The notes beneath the pieces are model-generated. The model worked only from the letters and a program-made list of their open reading frames with translations. It made no database searches and was not told where the DNA came from. The translations under genes and the position numbers were made by a program. DNA of 34,098 nucleotides from a virus. Below, one piece after another: positions 6,398-14,458 of the stretch. The first letter of the stretch is position 1; every line of letters begins with the position of its first letter. The DNA is taken from positions 1 to 34,098 of IMG/VR virus record IMGVR_UViG_3300017786_000059. The stretch is one strand, 5' to 3'.

Positions 6398-6873
6398 TAT
6401 CATTTTCAGACGCGAAACTAACAAAAGGCCAACATATAGTTCCATACCGGCCAGAACATTTGCTGGAAATAGAGCTGCGCGATTATGAAGCACAGAACTA
6501 TAAAGGCCATATCGAGGAATATCTTGAATATGTGGATATGAATGTGGTCGAGGGGTTGACCTGGACAGCTATAGGTCATGGCAGAGTAATCGGTATATTC
6601 GGTTTCAGGCCGATGTGGCGGGCAGTAGGCGAAACCTGGTTGCTGCCGGGGCATGGAATAGAGCGCCATGCGATATCGGTAGTCAGAGTAGCCAGACAAA
6701 TAATGGCCAACGTCGTGCACGATTTTAGCCTAAAGCGCCTTCAGATAGCCGTTTCAACCCAAAACGATACCGCTTACAGATACGCAAAAAGCCTGTATTT
6801 TGAAGAAGAGGCTATAATGAAGAACTATGGCCCCGAAGGTGCAGATTACAGATTAATGGTGAGGTTATCATAA
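6394..6873 (+). CDS. GNAT-like acetyltransferase-fold protein (159 aa) between terminase and portal
   Basis: ATGA overlap with terL. The C-terminal pattern KRLQIAVSTQNDTAYRYAKSLYFEEEAIMKNYGPEGADYRLMV resembles the GNAT beta4-alpha3 / C-terminal region. Assignment by eye only. Confidence 0.6.
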   Translation: MISFSDAKLTKGQHIVPYRPEHLLEIELRDYEAQNYKGHIEEYLEYVDMNVVEGLTWTAIGHGRVIGIFGFRPMWRAVGETWLLPGHGIERHAISVVRVARQIMANVVHDFSLKRLQIAVSTQNDTAYRYAKSLYFEEEAIMKNYGPEGADYRLMVRLS

Positions 6874-7106
6874 TGGGTGGTATTTTTAGTAAACCAAAGA
6901 CTCCGAAGCCGGATCCTTCTATTGCGGAAGCGCAAAAGAAGCAAGAGGCTCGCTTGACGCAACAAGAAACAGCCGAAAAGATGAAAATCTCTTCTAGGGC
7001 TAGAGCTCGTAGAAGTGGTGGTTTACGGTTGCTTATGTCATCAGGAGTGCCGCAGCAGCAACAGCAAACAGGCGGCCCTTCTGCAAAGCTAGGTGGTGGA
7101 GTATGA
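6873..7106 (+). CDS. Small hypothetical protein (77 aa), basic/Q-rich
   Basis: Track ORF with TAATG overlap to the upstream gene. Confidence 0.65.
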   Translation: MGGIFSKPKTPKPDPSIAEAQKKQEARLTQQETAEKMKISSRARARRSGGLRLLMSSGVPQQQQQTGGPSAKLGGGV

Positions 7107-7249
7107 CCAAAATTAAAGAAGATGCCCGCGTTCATCGCCGGGCATTAGTGCAGCCGGCGCCAGAGCCGGTAGCCGAGGCGAAACCAAAAGCTACGCGGAG
7201 CAAAGATAGTGACGCTAAAAAGGCACCAAAATCCAAAGGGCGGTCTTAA
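7103..7249 (+). CDS. Possible small basic protein (48 aa)
   Basis: Hand translation: MTKIKEDARVHRRALVQPAPEPVAEAKPKATRSKDSDAKKAPKSKGRS. ATGA overlap with the upstream stop. It overlaps the next ORF by 41 nt. Confidence 0.35.
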   Translation: MTKIKEDARVHRRALVQPAPEPVAEAKPKATRSKDSDAKKAPKSKGRS

Positions 7250-7487
7250 CGCCGCTGGCCGCAAGCACTTCGGGGTGAAGGCACCGGTCAAGGCGGGGGA
7301 CAACCCGCGCCGCGCTTCCTTCCTTGCGCGGATGGCCGGAGTACCCGGCCCGGAGAGAGACAGCAAAGGGCGCCCTACCCGGTTGTTATTATCTCTCCGG
7401 GCTTGGGGTGCTTCATCAAAAGCAGATGCAAAGTCCAAAGCAGCAGCAATAAGCAAGAGAAATAAGGCGAAAACACAAAATGCCTAA
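7209..7487 (+). CDS. Conserved small basic phage protein with KGGLNAAGRK...RRASFLARM motif
   Basis: GTG start with GGAG 8 nt upstream. The motif recalls a widespread small phage protein family. The family name is not verified. Confidence 0.6.
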   Translation: MTLKRHQNPKGGLNAAGRKHFGVKAPVKAGDNPRRASFLARMAGVPGPERDSKGRPTRLLLSLRAWGASSKADAKSKAAAISKRNKAKTQNA

Positions 7488-9042
7488 ATTAGATGTAGCA
7501 TTGATTATGGAGCGCGAGGCCAAAGCACAGGCCAGAAAAGATGAATGGCGCTCTATTTACGAAGATTGTTATGAGTTTGCGTTGCCGCAGCGCAACCTTT
7601 ACAGCGGGTACTACGAAGGCAAGGTAGCCGGTAAAGGTAAGATGGCTAGGGTGTTCGATAGTACAGCTATCCATGCTACGCAGCGGTTTGCTAATCGTCT
7701 CCAGGCGGGGCTGTTTCCTCCTTACAAACAATGGTGCCGCCTGGAACCTGGTTCAGCTATACCAGAAGAAGATAAAGAAACAGCACAAGAATTATTTGAT
7801 GAGTATAACCGGCGTATGTTTGACACGCTACGCCAGACAAACTTTGACCTGGCTATGGGTGAGTTTCTGCTAGAGCTGGCTGTAGGCACCGCCGTAATGA
7901 TGATCACGCCAGGGGATGAGTCTACTCCTGTACGCTTCACGCCTATCCCTCAGTACTTGGTTGCTTTAGAAGAAGGGCCGTATGGCACTGTTGATAACGT
8001 ATATCGTAAACAGCGCATGAAGGCAGAAGCTATCCCGCGTGAGTTTCCAGACGCCAGGATATCTGTCGAGCTGCAAGAGGCTATTGACCGCGCCGGTGAT
8101 AAAGAGCTGGATTTGTTCGATTGTGTTGTGTACGACCCGGAAAGCGGCCGCTATCACTATCACGTTATCTGGCCGTCTAAAAAGCAAGAGATTGTTTATA
8201 GAGAAATGCGCAGCAGCCCATTTATTGTGGCCAGATACAGCAAGATTGCCGGCGAGATATACGGCAGAGGCCCGCTGGTAACAGCTATAAGCGATATCAA
8301 AACGCTGAACAAAACCCTGGAGCTGGTGTTGAAAAATGCCAGCCTGGCGATTGCCGGCGTTTATACAGCTGCAGATGACGGCGTGCTCAACCCGCAGAAT
8401 ATTAAAATACAGCCCGGCGCAGTAATTTCTGTTGCGAGAAACGGCGGGCCACAGGGCGCGTCCTTAACGCCGCTGCCGAAAGCTGGTGACTTCAATACCA
8501 GCCAAATTATTATTAATGACTTGCGTATGAACATCAAAAAGATACTGATGGATGATACGCTACCGCCAGACAATATGAGCGCCCGGTCTGCTACGGAAAT
8601 CGCAGAGCGCACCCGCGAGCTGGCCACTAACCTGGGCAGTGCTTTTGGCAGATTGATACAAGAAACCCTGGTGCCGATTGTTAGCCGCACCATGTTTGTT
8701 ATGGATCAACAGGGATTGATTGACTTGCCGCTGAAGGTAAATGGCGTCCAGGTTAAGGTGACGCCGGTATCTCCCCTGGCACAAGCACAGAAGCTGCAAG
8801 AGATTAACGATGTGGTTCAATATATGCAGATTGCTAACCAGATGGGGCCACAAGGCCAGGTGACAGTATCCGTGCCGCGTGTACTAGAATTTATTGCTGA
8901 GCGCCTGGGCATTGAGCAAACGCTGCTTAACAACCCAGAAGAACAGCAAATGATGATGCAGCAGATGCAGCAGATGATGATGGCTCAACAAGCGCCGCCG
9001 GAAGCAGAGCCGGCGCCTGGAACTGAGGAACAGATGGTATGA
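7480..9042 (+). CDS. Portal (T7 gp8-like head-to-tail connector)
   Basis: 520 aa. The N-terminal ...RKDEWRSIYEDCYEFALPQRN... is typical of gp8-like connectors. It lies upstream of scaffold and capsid. Confidence 0.9.
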   Translation: MPKLDVALIMEREAKAQARKDEWRSIYEDCYEFALPQRNLYSGYYEGKVAGKGKMARVFDSTAIHATQRFANRLQAGLFPPYKQWCRLEPGSAIPEEDKETAQELFDEYNRRMFDTLRQTNFDLAMGEFLLELAVGTAVMMITPGDESTPVRFTPIPQYLVALEEGPYGTVDNVYRKQRMKAEAIPREFPDARISVELQEAIDRAGDKELDLFDCVVYDPESGRYHYHVIWPSKKQEIVYREMRSSPFIVARYSKIAGEIYGRGPLVTAISDIKTLNKTLELVLKNASLAIAGVYTAADDGVLNPQNIKIQPGAVISVARNGGPQGASLTPLPKAGDFNTSQIIINDLRMNIKKILMDDTLPPDNMSARSATEIAERTRELATNLGSAFGRLIQETLVPIVSRTMFVMDQQGLIDLPLKVNGVQVKVTPVSPLAQAQKLQEINDVVQYMQIANQMGPQGQVTVSVPRVLEFIAERLGIEQTLLNNPEEQQMMMQQMQQMMMAQQAPPEAEPAPGTEEQMV

Positions 9043-9293
9043 TGGAAGAAGGCTGGGATGGTTTATCCCCGGCTCAAGTAGAACAGCCAAAAGCAGAAGA
9101 TTTAGATATCGTATATGCAAAGGCGTTCAAAACAGCCGAAGGTCAAAAGGTGCTTAGTCACCTTAGAGAAATCACTATTGAGCAACCAACATGGGTGCCG
9201 GGTGAGGATGCCAGTTTTGGTTATGCTAGAGAGGGCATGGCAGAGCTGGTACGCATGATTGAAAAACGCATCAGGAGGAGCGAAAATGGATAA
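9039..9293 (+). CDS. Small conserved head-module protein (84 aa)
   Basis: ATGA overlap with the portal gene. Conserved-looking core AFKTAEGQKVLSHLRE...FGYAREGMAELVRMI. Possibly Bbp19-like, unverified. Confidence 0.7.
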   Translation: MMEEGWDGLSPAQVEQPKAEDLDIVYAKAFKTAEGQKVLSHLREITIEQPTWVPGEDASFGYAREGMAELVRMIEKRIRRSENG

Positions 9294-10062
9294 TCAAGAA
9301 GCACAAGTTGCAGAGCAGCCGCAAGCGGATGCACCGCTTATCAACCCACAGGCAGAGCCAGCAGCTGAAACACAACAAGAGCAGCCAATGCCTTTGTTTG
9401 AAGAACAGCAAGCAGAGACAGAGGCTGACGATGATAACGAGCCTATAGAGCGGCCAGATTATTACCCGGCTAAATTTTGGGATGAGGACGGCCCAGATGT
9501 TGAGAAACTTGCAAAGAGCTATGCGGAACTTGAGAAGCAATTTAAATCTGGCAAGCATAAAGCTCCAGATGGTGATTATGATGTGGCGCCTCTTGTTGAT
9601 AAAGGTCTTGACCCGGAAGATGAAACAATGGGCATCTTCTCCGAATGGGCTAAAGAGAATGGTATCAGCCAAACTGCCTTTGAAGAGCTGGCTGGAAAAG
9701 TTTTAGACGTTAGCAAAGTAGAGGGCGAGCTTTTTGAAGCAGACCGCCAGGCAGAAATGAGCAAGCTGGGCGAGCGAGCACAAGAAAAAATACAAATGAC
9801 AGAGCGGTTGTTAATGAAAGCGCCTCTTACGAATGAAGAGCGTAATGCGCTGGCCGTTGGTTTGGACAACGCAGATAGCATCAATGCTTTCCTAAAATAC
9901 CATCAGGCGCTGACGAATGAAGGCATCCCAGTACAGGCGGCGCCGTCAGCTCCATCTATGACGCGAGAGGACTTAGAATCAGCGATTGCAGACCCTCGCT
10001 GGCAGTCTGAACCGGCCTGGCGTCAAAAAATTGAAAAGCAATGGATGGAAGCTAATTCCTAG
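9286..10062 (+). CDS. Scaffolding protein
   Basis: Highly acidic, helical, 258 aa, between portal and capsid. GGAGGAG SD before ATG 9286 (track start 9259 is a TTG). Confidence 0.75.
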   Translation: MDNQEAQVAEQPQADAPLINPQAEPAAETQQEQPMPLFEEQQAETEADDDNEPIERPDYYPAKFWDEDGPDVEKLAKSYAELEKQFKSGKHKAPDGDYDVAPLVDKGLDPEDETMGIFSEWAKENGISQTAFEELAGKVLDVSKVEGELFEADRQAEMSKLGERAQEKIQMTERLLMKAPLTNEERNALAVGLDNADSINAFLKYHQALTNEGIPVQAAPSAPSMTREDLESAIADPRWQSEPAWRQKIEKQWMEANS

Positions 10063-10068
10063 ATATAG

Positions 10069-10097
10069 TTGCCAAAGCCGTTAAAAAGGTGTAAATA
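10069..10097 (+). promoter_or_regulatory. Predicted sigma70-like promoter upstream of the capsid gene (TTGCCA-N17-TAAATA)
   Basis: TTGCCA at 10069-10074 and TAAATA at 10092-10097, within the 171-bp scaffold-capsid gap. Confidence 0.4.
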
Positions 10098-10233
10098 TGG
10101 TATTGAAGGCTAACCGCTCCGGCCCTTCTATGAGATGAAGTCTCTGGCCGGCATGACCACTTTCATGCAAGCGACTGCCCGCAAGGATAACAGTTTGCGA
10201 AATAGTAGTAACTCTAAATAGGAGGTTCTAGCT

Positions 10234-11067
10234 ATGGCGCAGAACGTAACCACAGCGTTTGTTACCCTTTTTGAAAGTGAGGTCAAGCAAGCGTATCAGT
10301 CTGAATCAGTGTTGCGCGGTACAATGCGTACTCGTACTGGTGTTCAGGGAAATACTGTAAAGTTTCCAAAAATCGGCAAGGGTGTGGCAACACCTCGTAT
10401 TAACCAAACTGACGTTACCCCTTTAAATGTGACCTATTCGCAAGTGACCGCGAATATGTCAGATTTTATAGCTGCAGAATATTCTGACATATTCCATCAA
10501 AGTCATATCAATTTTGACGAAAGACGGGAGCTGGTCGAGGTAGTTTCAAAAGCTATTGCCAGACGTATGGATCAGATTTGTATTGACGCGCTCAATGCAG
10601 CTTCTTCTCCATCAACTGTTGCAACAGGTGTCGGTGGTACAACCACAAATATGAACATCGAGAAGCTGCGTGCAGCAGCAAAGGCGATGAATGAAAAGAA
10701 CGTGCCGTCAGAAGGCCGTTACTTGCTCATGCACGCTTCTCAGCTCGATGCTCTATTAGGTGAAACAGAGGTAACTTCGAGTGATTTTGCCACTGTGAAA
10801 GCTCTCGTTCGCGGTGAAGTCTCATCGTTCATGGGCTTCGATGTACTAACGATTGGCGATAGAGATGAAGGTGGCCTACCAAAGCCGTCTACTCGTACTT
10901 GCTTTGCGTGGCATAAAGACAGCATGGGCTATGCTGAGTCTATGGCGCAGAAAAGTGAAGTAAATTATATCCCAGAAAAAACGAGCTTCCTTGTTTCATC
11001 AATGTTCTCAGCTGGTGCTGTTGCCATTGACGATGAGGGCATCGTTAAAATTAGCTGTACTGAATAA
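10234..11067 (+). CDS. Major capsid protein
   Basis: 277 aa following the scaffold gene. Strong SD TAGGAGG. Capsid-like motif ...TVKFPKIGKG...NFDERRELVE... Confidence 0.85.
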   Translation: MAQNVTTAFVTLFESEVKQAYQSESVLRGTMRTRTGVQGNTVKFPKIGKGVATPRINQTDVTPLNVTYSQVTANMSDFIAAEYSDIFHQSHINFDERRELVEVVSKAIARRMDQICIDALNAASSPSTVATGVGGTTTNMNIEKLRAAAKAMNEKNVPSEGRYLLMHASQLDALLGETEVTSSDFATVKALVRGEVSSFMGFDVLTIGDRDEGGLPKPSTRTCFAWHKDSMGYAESMAQKSEVNYIPEKTSFLVSSMFSAGAVAIDDEGIVKISCTE

Positions 11068-11079
11068 GGAGATTTGTAA

Positions 11080-11319
11080 ATGGCTTATGATTCAGCTGGT
11101 TTAGCGACCATCGCAGCATCAAAGAGCGGCAATGCGCCTAACGTGTATAGCTACAAGACCGCAGCAGACAATAAGGCTGCTGTGGCTGGCTCTGGCTACT
11201 TCGATAGCGTAGAATCTCTTATCAACACAGGCGATTTTATTATGAATTTTGCCAGTGATGGTGGGCAGCTTCTTGTTGCTACCAATACAGCGGGCGTTAT
11301 TACAACCGCTGCTATTTAA
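11080..11319 (+). CDS. Small head-associated protein (79 aa; possible decoration/accessory protein)
   Basis: Track ORF immediately after the capsid gene, Ala/Gly/Thr-rich, followed by a strong hairpin. Confidence 0.65.
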   Translation: MAYDSAGLATIAASKSGNAPNVYSYKTAADNKAAVAGSGYFDSVESLINTGDFIMNFASDGGQLLVATNTAGVITTAAI

Positions 11320-11329
11320 CTTCCCTGAT

Positions 11330-11352
11330 GGGGGCTGTTCCAACCAGCCCCC
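11330..11352 (+). terminator. GC-rich hairpin after the capsid module (GGGGGCTG-ttccaac-CAGCCCCC), no U-tract
   Basis: Perfect 8-bp stem with a 7-nt loop in the 54-bp gap between the capsid-module and tail genes. Confidence 0.45.
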
Positions 11353-11373
11353 AACAAACTAAAGGAGAGCGGG

Positions 11374-11988
11374 ATGGCTGCTGGTGATACCGATTTATCT
11401 ATTTGCTCAGATGCTTTGATATTGCTGGGGGCTGCCCCGCTCTCTTCTTTTACGGAAGGCACAGATGCCGCCCAGGCCTGTGATAGACTTTATCCAGACT
11501 TGCGTGACAGCTTACTTTCCAGATATCCATTTAGCTGGAGCTACATCAAGGTGCAGCTCGGCCGACTATCCACTACACCAATCAATGAATTTAAATATGC
11601 TTATGGGCTGCCTGGTAATATGTTATCAGGCGTCCAGGCTGTTTTTGAAACAAGCTCCACCAACCAACGTCCTATTAATGACGGTTGGGAAATATATGGC
11701 CAGGAGCTCTACACAAATTTAGAATCTGTTTACATCGACTACCAGGAAAGCGTAGATGAAAGCAAAATGCCGCATTACTTTGTGCAGCTGCTGCGCACTT
11801 CCCTGGCATCTGAATTGGCGATTACGATTACCGACCAATCAACAAAAGCAGATTATTTCCGCACATTAGCATTTGGCACGCCTGGCGAAAACGGCCGGGG
11901 TGGTTTATTTCGTGAAGCAGTTAATATTGATTCACGCGGCCGGCTGCCGCAGATTATTGAAGATTATGCACTGATAGCGGTGAGATAA
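11374..11988 (+). CDS. Tail tubular protein A / adaptor (T7 gp11-like)
   Basis: 204 aa. The N-terminal CSDALILLGAAPLSSF...LYPDLRDSLLSRYPFSW...YAYGLPGNML pattern is typical of gp11-like proteins. AAGGAG SD. Confidence 0.8.
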   Translation: MAAGDTDLSICSDALILLGAAPLSSFTEGTDAAQACDRLYPDLRDSLLSRYPFSWSYIKVQLGRLSTTPINEFKYAYGLPGNMLSGVQAVFETSSTNQRPINDGWEIYGQELYTNLESVYIDYQESVDESKMPHYFVQLLRTSLASELAITITDQSTKADYFRTLAFGTPGENGRGGLFREAVNIDSRGRLPQIIEDYALIAVR

Positions 11989-14003
11989 TGGCTCGTATTG
12001 TTCAATTCCAAACGAACTTTAGCGTAGGCGAATTAGACCCCTTACTGCGTTCCAGGACAGATTTAAACCAATATAAAAACGCACTAGAGACGGCTGAGAA
12101 CGTAACTATTCAGCCTCAAGGCGGCGCACGTCGGCGAGCTGGCCTGGAGTTTATCTATGACTTTGGCAGCAGCTTTACATCATTTAAGCTTATACCTTTT
12201 GAATACAGCGTAGACGATAGCTATCTTTTGGTCGTTGTCACCGGCCGTATTTATGTGTTCAAAAACGGTACGCTGCAGACAAACATCAATAGCAGCGGCA
12301 ATGATTATATAACTGTGGCTGCTATTACAGCATCCATGATTGATGAGCTAAATTTTACGCAAGCTGTAGACACTTTAATTTTGCTCCACAAAGATTTAGA
12401 GCCGCAAAGAATTGTGCGCAACAGCGACACTAGCTGGACAGTAGGCGCACTGCCTATTTCTAATATACCTAAGTATGCCTACACAATTACGACAACAGCG
12501 GGAACTGCGTACAATACTGGTGTTCCGCATGATCATCTGGAGCCAAGCGGTACAGACGGAAACATTACACTTACAGCTAAGCATAGCGGGTCTGATGCAA
12601 ACGTATTTAGTGCTGCTGCCTCTACCTATATAGGCCAATATATAAATGTTGAGCCGTTTGGCAGATTACGCATTGTGCGCAAGGTAACTGCAGCTAAGTT
12701 AGAGGTTTATTGCGAGGTGCCTTTATTTGACACCAGCAATATTGATGATGCCGATTGGGAATATGAAGAAGGTTATGAGGACGTTTGGAGCAACACAAGG
12801 GGGTGGCCACGTTCTGCATCTTTCCACGAAAGCCGGCTATATTTTGGAGGTAGTGGTTCCAGACCTAATACCATCTGGGGCAGTAAGGTAATTGACTTTT
12901 TTAATTTCGATGTTGGAACTGCGCTTGATGATGAAGGTGTAGAAGCAACCATCAACACTAACCAGCTCAACGTCATAGTAAATCTTAATCCTGGCCAGGA
13001 TTTACAGATATTTACTACAGGTGGTGAGTTTATTGTTGCCCAGGCGGCTAATGAGCCGGTCACGCCCTCTAACTTCCTCGTCAAACCGCAAAGCCGCTTG
13101 GGCAGCCGGCCAGGCGTTCCTGTCGAGGATTTAGCCGGCGCAACAATTATTGTGCAACGCCAGGGCAAATCCCTCATCAGCTTTCAGTTTACAGACACAA
13201 CCGCCAGCTATGGTGCGCAGCCGCTATCTGTTTTAAGCAGCCACTTGCTAAACGACCCGGTAGACCTGTCTATACGCCGGGCAACGTCAACAGATGAGAC
13301 AGACAGGCTGTTTCTGGTAAACGCCGGCGATGGCAGCATGGCTGTCTACTCCATTTTGCAAGCGCAGAATGTCATAGCGCCTAGTAGATTTACTACAGAC
13401 GGCGAATTTATTTCTGTAGCAAATGAGCTTTCAGACACATATACAATCGTCAAAAGAACAGTGAACAGCGCGACAGTATACTATCTGGAGAAGTTTAACG
13501 AAAGTTTGACGCTGGATAGCGCTAAATCGGGCTCTGCGGCCTCCTCAGTCACCATGAGCCACCTGGAGGGTAAAACAGTAGAAATTGTTAGGGATGGGGT
13601 TCTTGAGCCTTCTCAGGTCGTTCCGGTGTCACCTTATACAATTACCTTCGGCACAGCTGCTACAAGCAGTCACCAGGTCGGCCTTAACTACGATATCACA
13701 ATTAAGACTATGCCGGCCGAACCAGCGCTGCCTCAAGGCACTATTCAGGGTATCAATAAACGTATTGTCCAGGTGGATGCAATCGTACATGAAACACAAA
13801 ACATGACCATCAATGGTAAGCCGGTTGCTTTTAGGCAGTTTGGCGCCAGCGTTCTTGGCCAGCCGGTGCAAGAATTTACAGGCACAAAAACTGTTCATGG
13901 ATTGCTAGGCTTTAGCAATACCGGGCAGATCACAATTAGCCAAAGCGTTCCGTTGAAAATGACGGTGTTGGGTATCGAATATAGAATGAGTGTAGGAAAC
14001 TAA
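11988..14003 (+). CDS. Tail tubular protein B / nozzle (T7 gp12-like)
   Basis: 671 aa. The N-terminal FQTNFSVGELDPLLRSRTDLNQYKNALETAENVTIQPQGGARRRAG is typical. TAATG overlap with tubular A. Confidence 0.8.
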   Translation: MARIVQFQTNFSVGELDPLLRSRTDLNQYKNALETAENVTIQPQGGARRRAGLEFIYDFGSSFTSFKLIPFEYSVDDSYLLVVVTGRIYVFKNGTLQTNINSSGNDYITVAAITASMIDELNFTQAVDTLILLHKDLEPQRIVRNSDTSWTVGALPISNIPKYAYTITTTAGTAYNTGVPHDHLEPSGTDGNITLTAKHSGSDANVFSAAASTYIGQYINVEPFGRLRIVRKVTAAKLEVYCEVPLFDTSNIDDADWEYEEGYEDVWSNTRGWPRSASFHESRLYFGGSGSRPNTIWGSKVIDFFNFDVGTALDDEGVEATINTNQLNVIVNLNPGQDLQIFTTGGEFIVAQAANEPVTPSNFLVKPQSRLGSRPGVPVEDLAGATIIVQRQGKSLISFQFTDTTASYGAQPLSVLSSHLLNDPVDLSIRRATSTDETDRLFLVNAGDGSMAVYSILQAQNVIAPSRFTTDGEFISVANELSDTYTIVKRTVNSATVYYLEKFNESLTLDSAKSGSAASSVTMSHLEGKTVEIVRDGVLEPSQVVPVSPYTITFGTAATSSHQVGLNYDITIKTMPAEPALPQGTIQGINKRIVQVDAIVHETQNMTINGKPVAFRQFGASVLGQPVQEFTGTKTVHGLLGFSNTGQITISQSVPLKMTVLGIEYRMSVGN

Positions 14004-14004
14004 A

Positions 14005-14445
14005 ATGGCACAAATGGCAATGGCGGGTTTTTCCGCATTTATGCAGATTAGGGCAGGGCAAGCGCAAAAAGCGATGTATAACGCAAAAGGTGCTGAAGCT
14101 ATTATACAAGGCCGAGCCCAAGCCATCGAAGCAAAGCGGAAGGGCGTGGCAGTATTGCAGCGTCTAAACGAAACACTTGCTACCACAACTGCCAGAGCAA
14201 CTACAGGCGGCGGCGTAGTAAGCACACTAGCGCTTGACAATTATGCTATGAAAGAAGGCACTGGTGAATATTATACCACTAAAGACAACGCTAATATCGC
14301 TGTCGGTCAGGCTCAGTTCCAAGCGCAAATTTATAAAACTGCCGGCAAACAAGCCATGTTAAGTGCTTATGCGGGCGCAGCCGGCACATTAGGACAAGGA
14401 CACGCCAATCAAATGCAAGTTGGTGGATACCCTTCATTTGGATGA
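14005..14445 (+). CDS. Internal virion protein (small, gp14 position)
   Basis: 146 aa, Ala/Gln/Gly-rich, directly after the nozzle gene. Confidence 0.6.
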   Translation: MAQMAMAGFSAFMQIRAGQAQKAMYNAKGAEAIIQGRAQAIEAKRKGVAVLQRLNETLATTTARATTGGGVVSTLALDNYAMKEGTGEYYTTKDNANIAVGQAQFQAQIYKTAGKQAMLSAYAGAAGTLGQGHANQMQVGGYPSFG

Positions 14446-14458
14446 GGTTTAAATTATA

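Noticed and set aside
7214-7222. GCT AAA AAG as a programmed -1 slippery site joining ORF 7103 to ORF 7209.
   Set aside because: The downstream frame is +1, not -1, relative to the upstream ORF. The heptamer is imperfect (T AAA AAG). The GTG at 7209 also has its own well-spaced GGAG.
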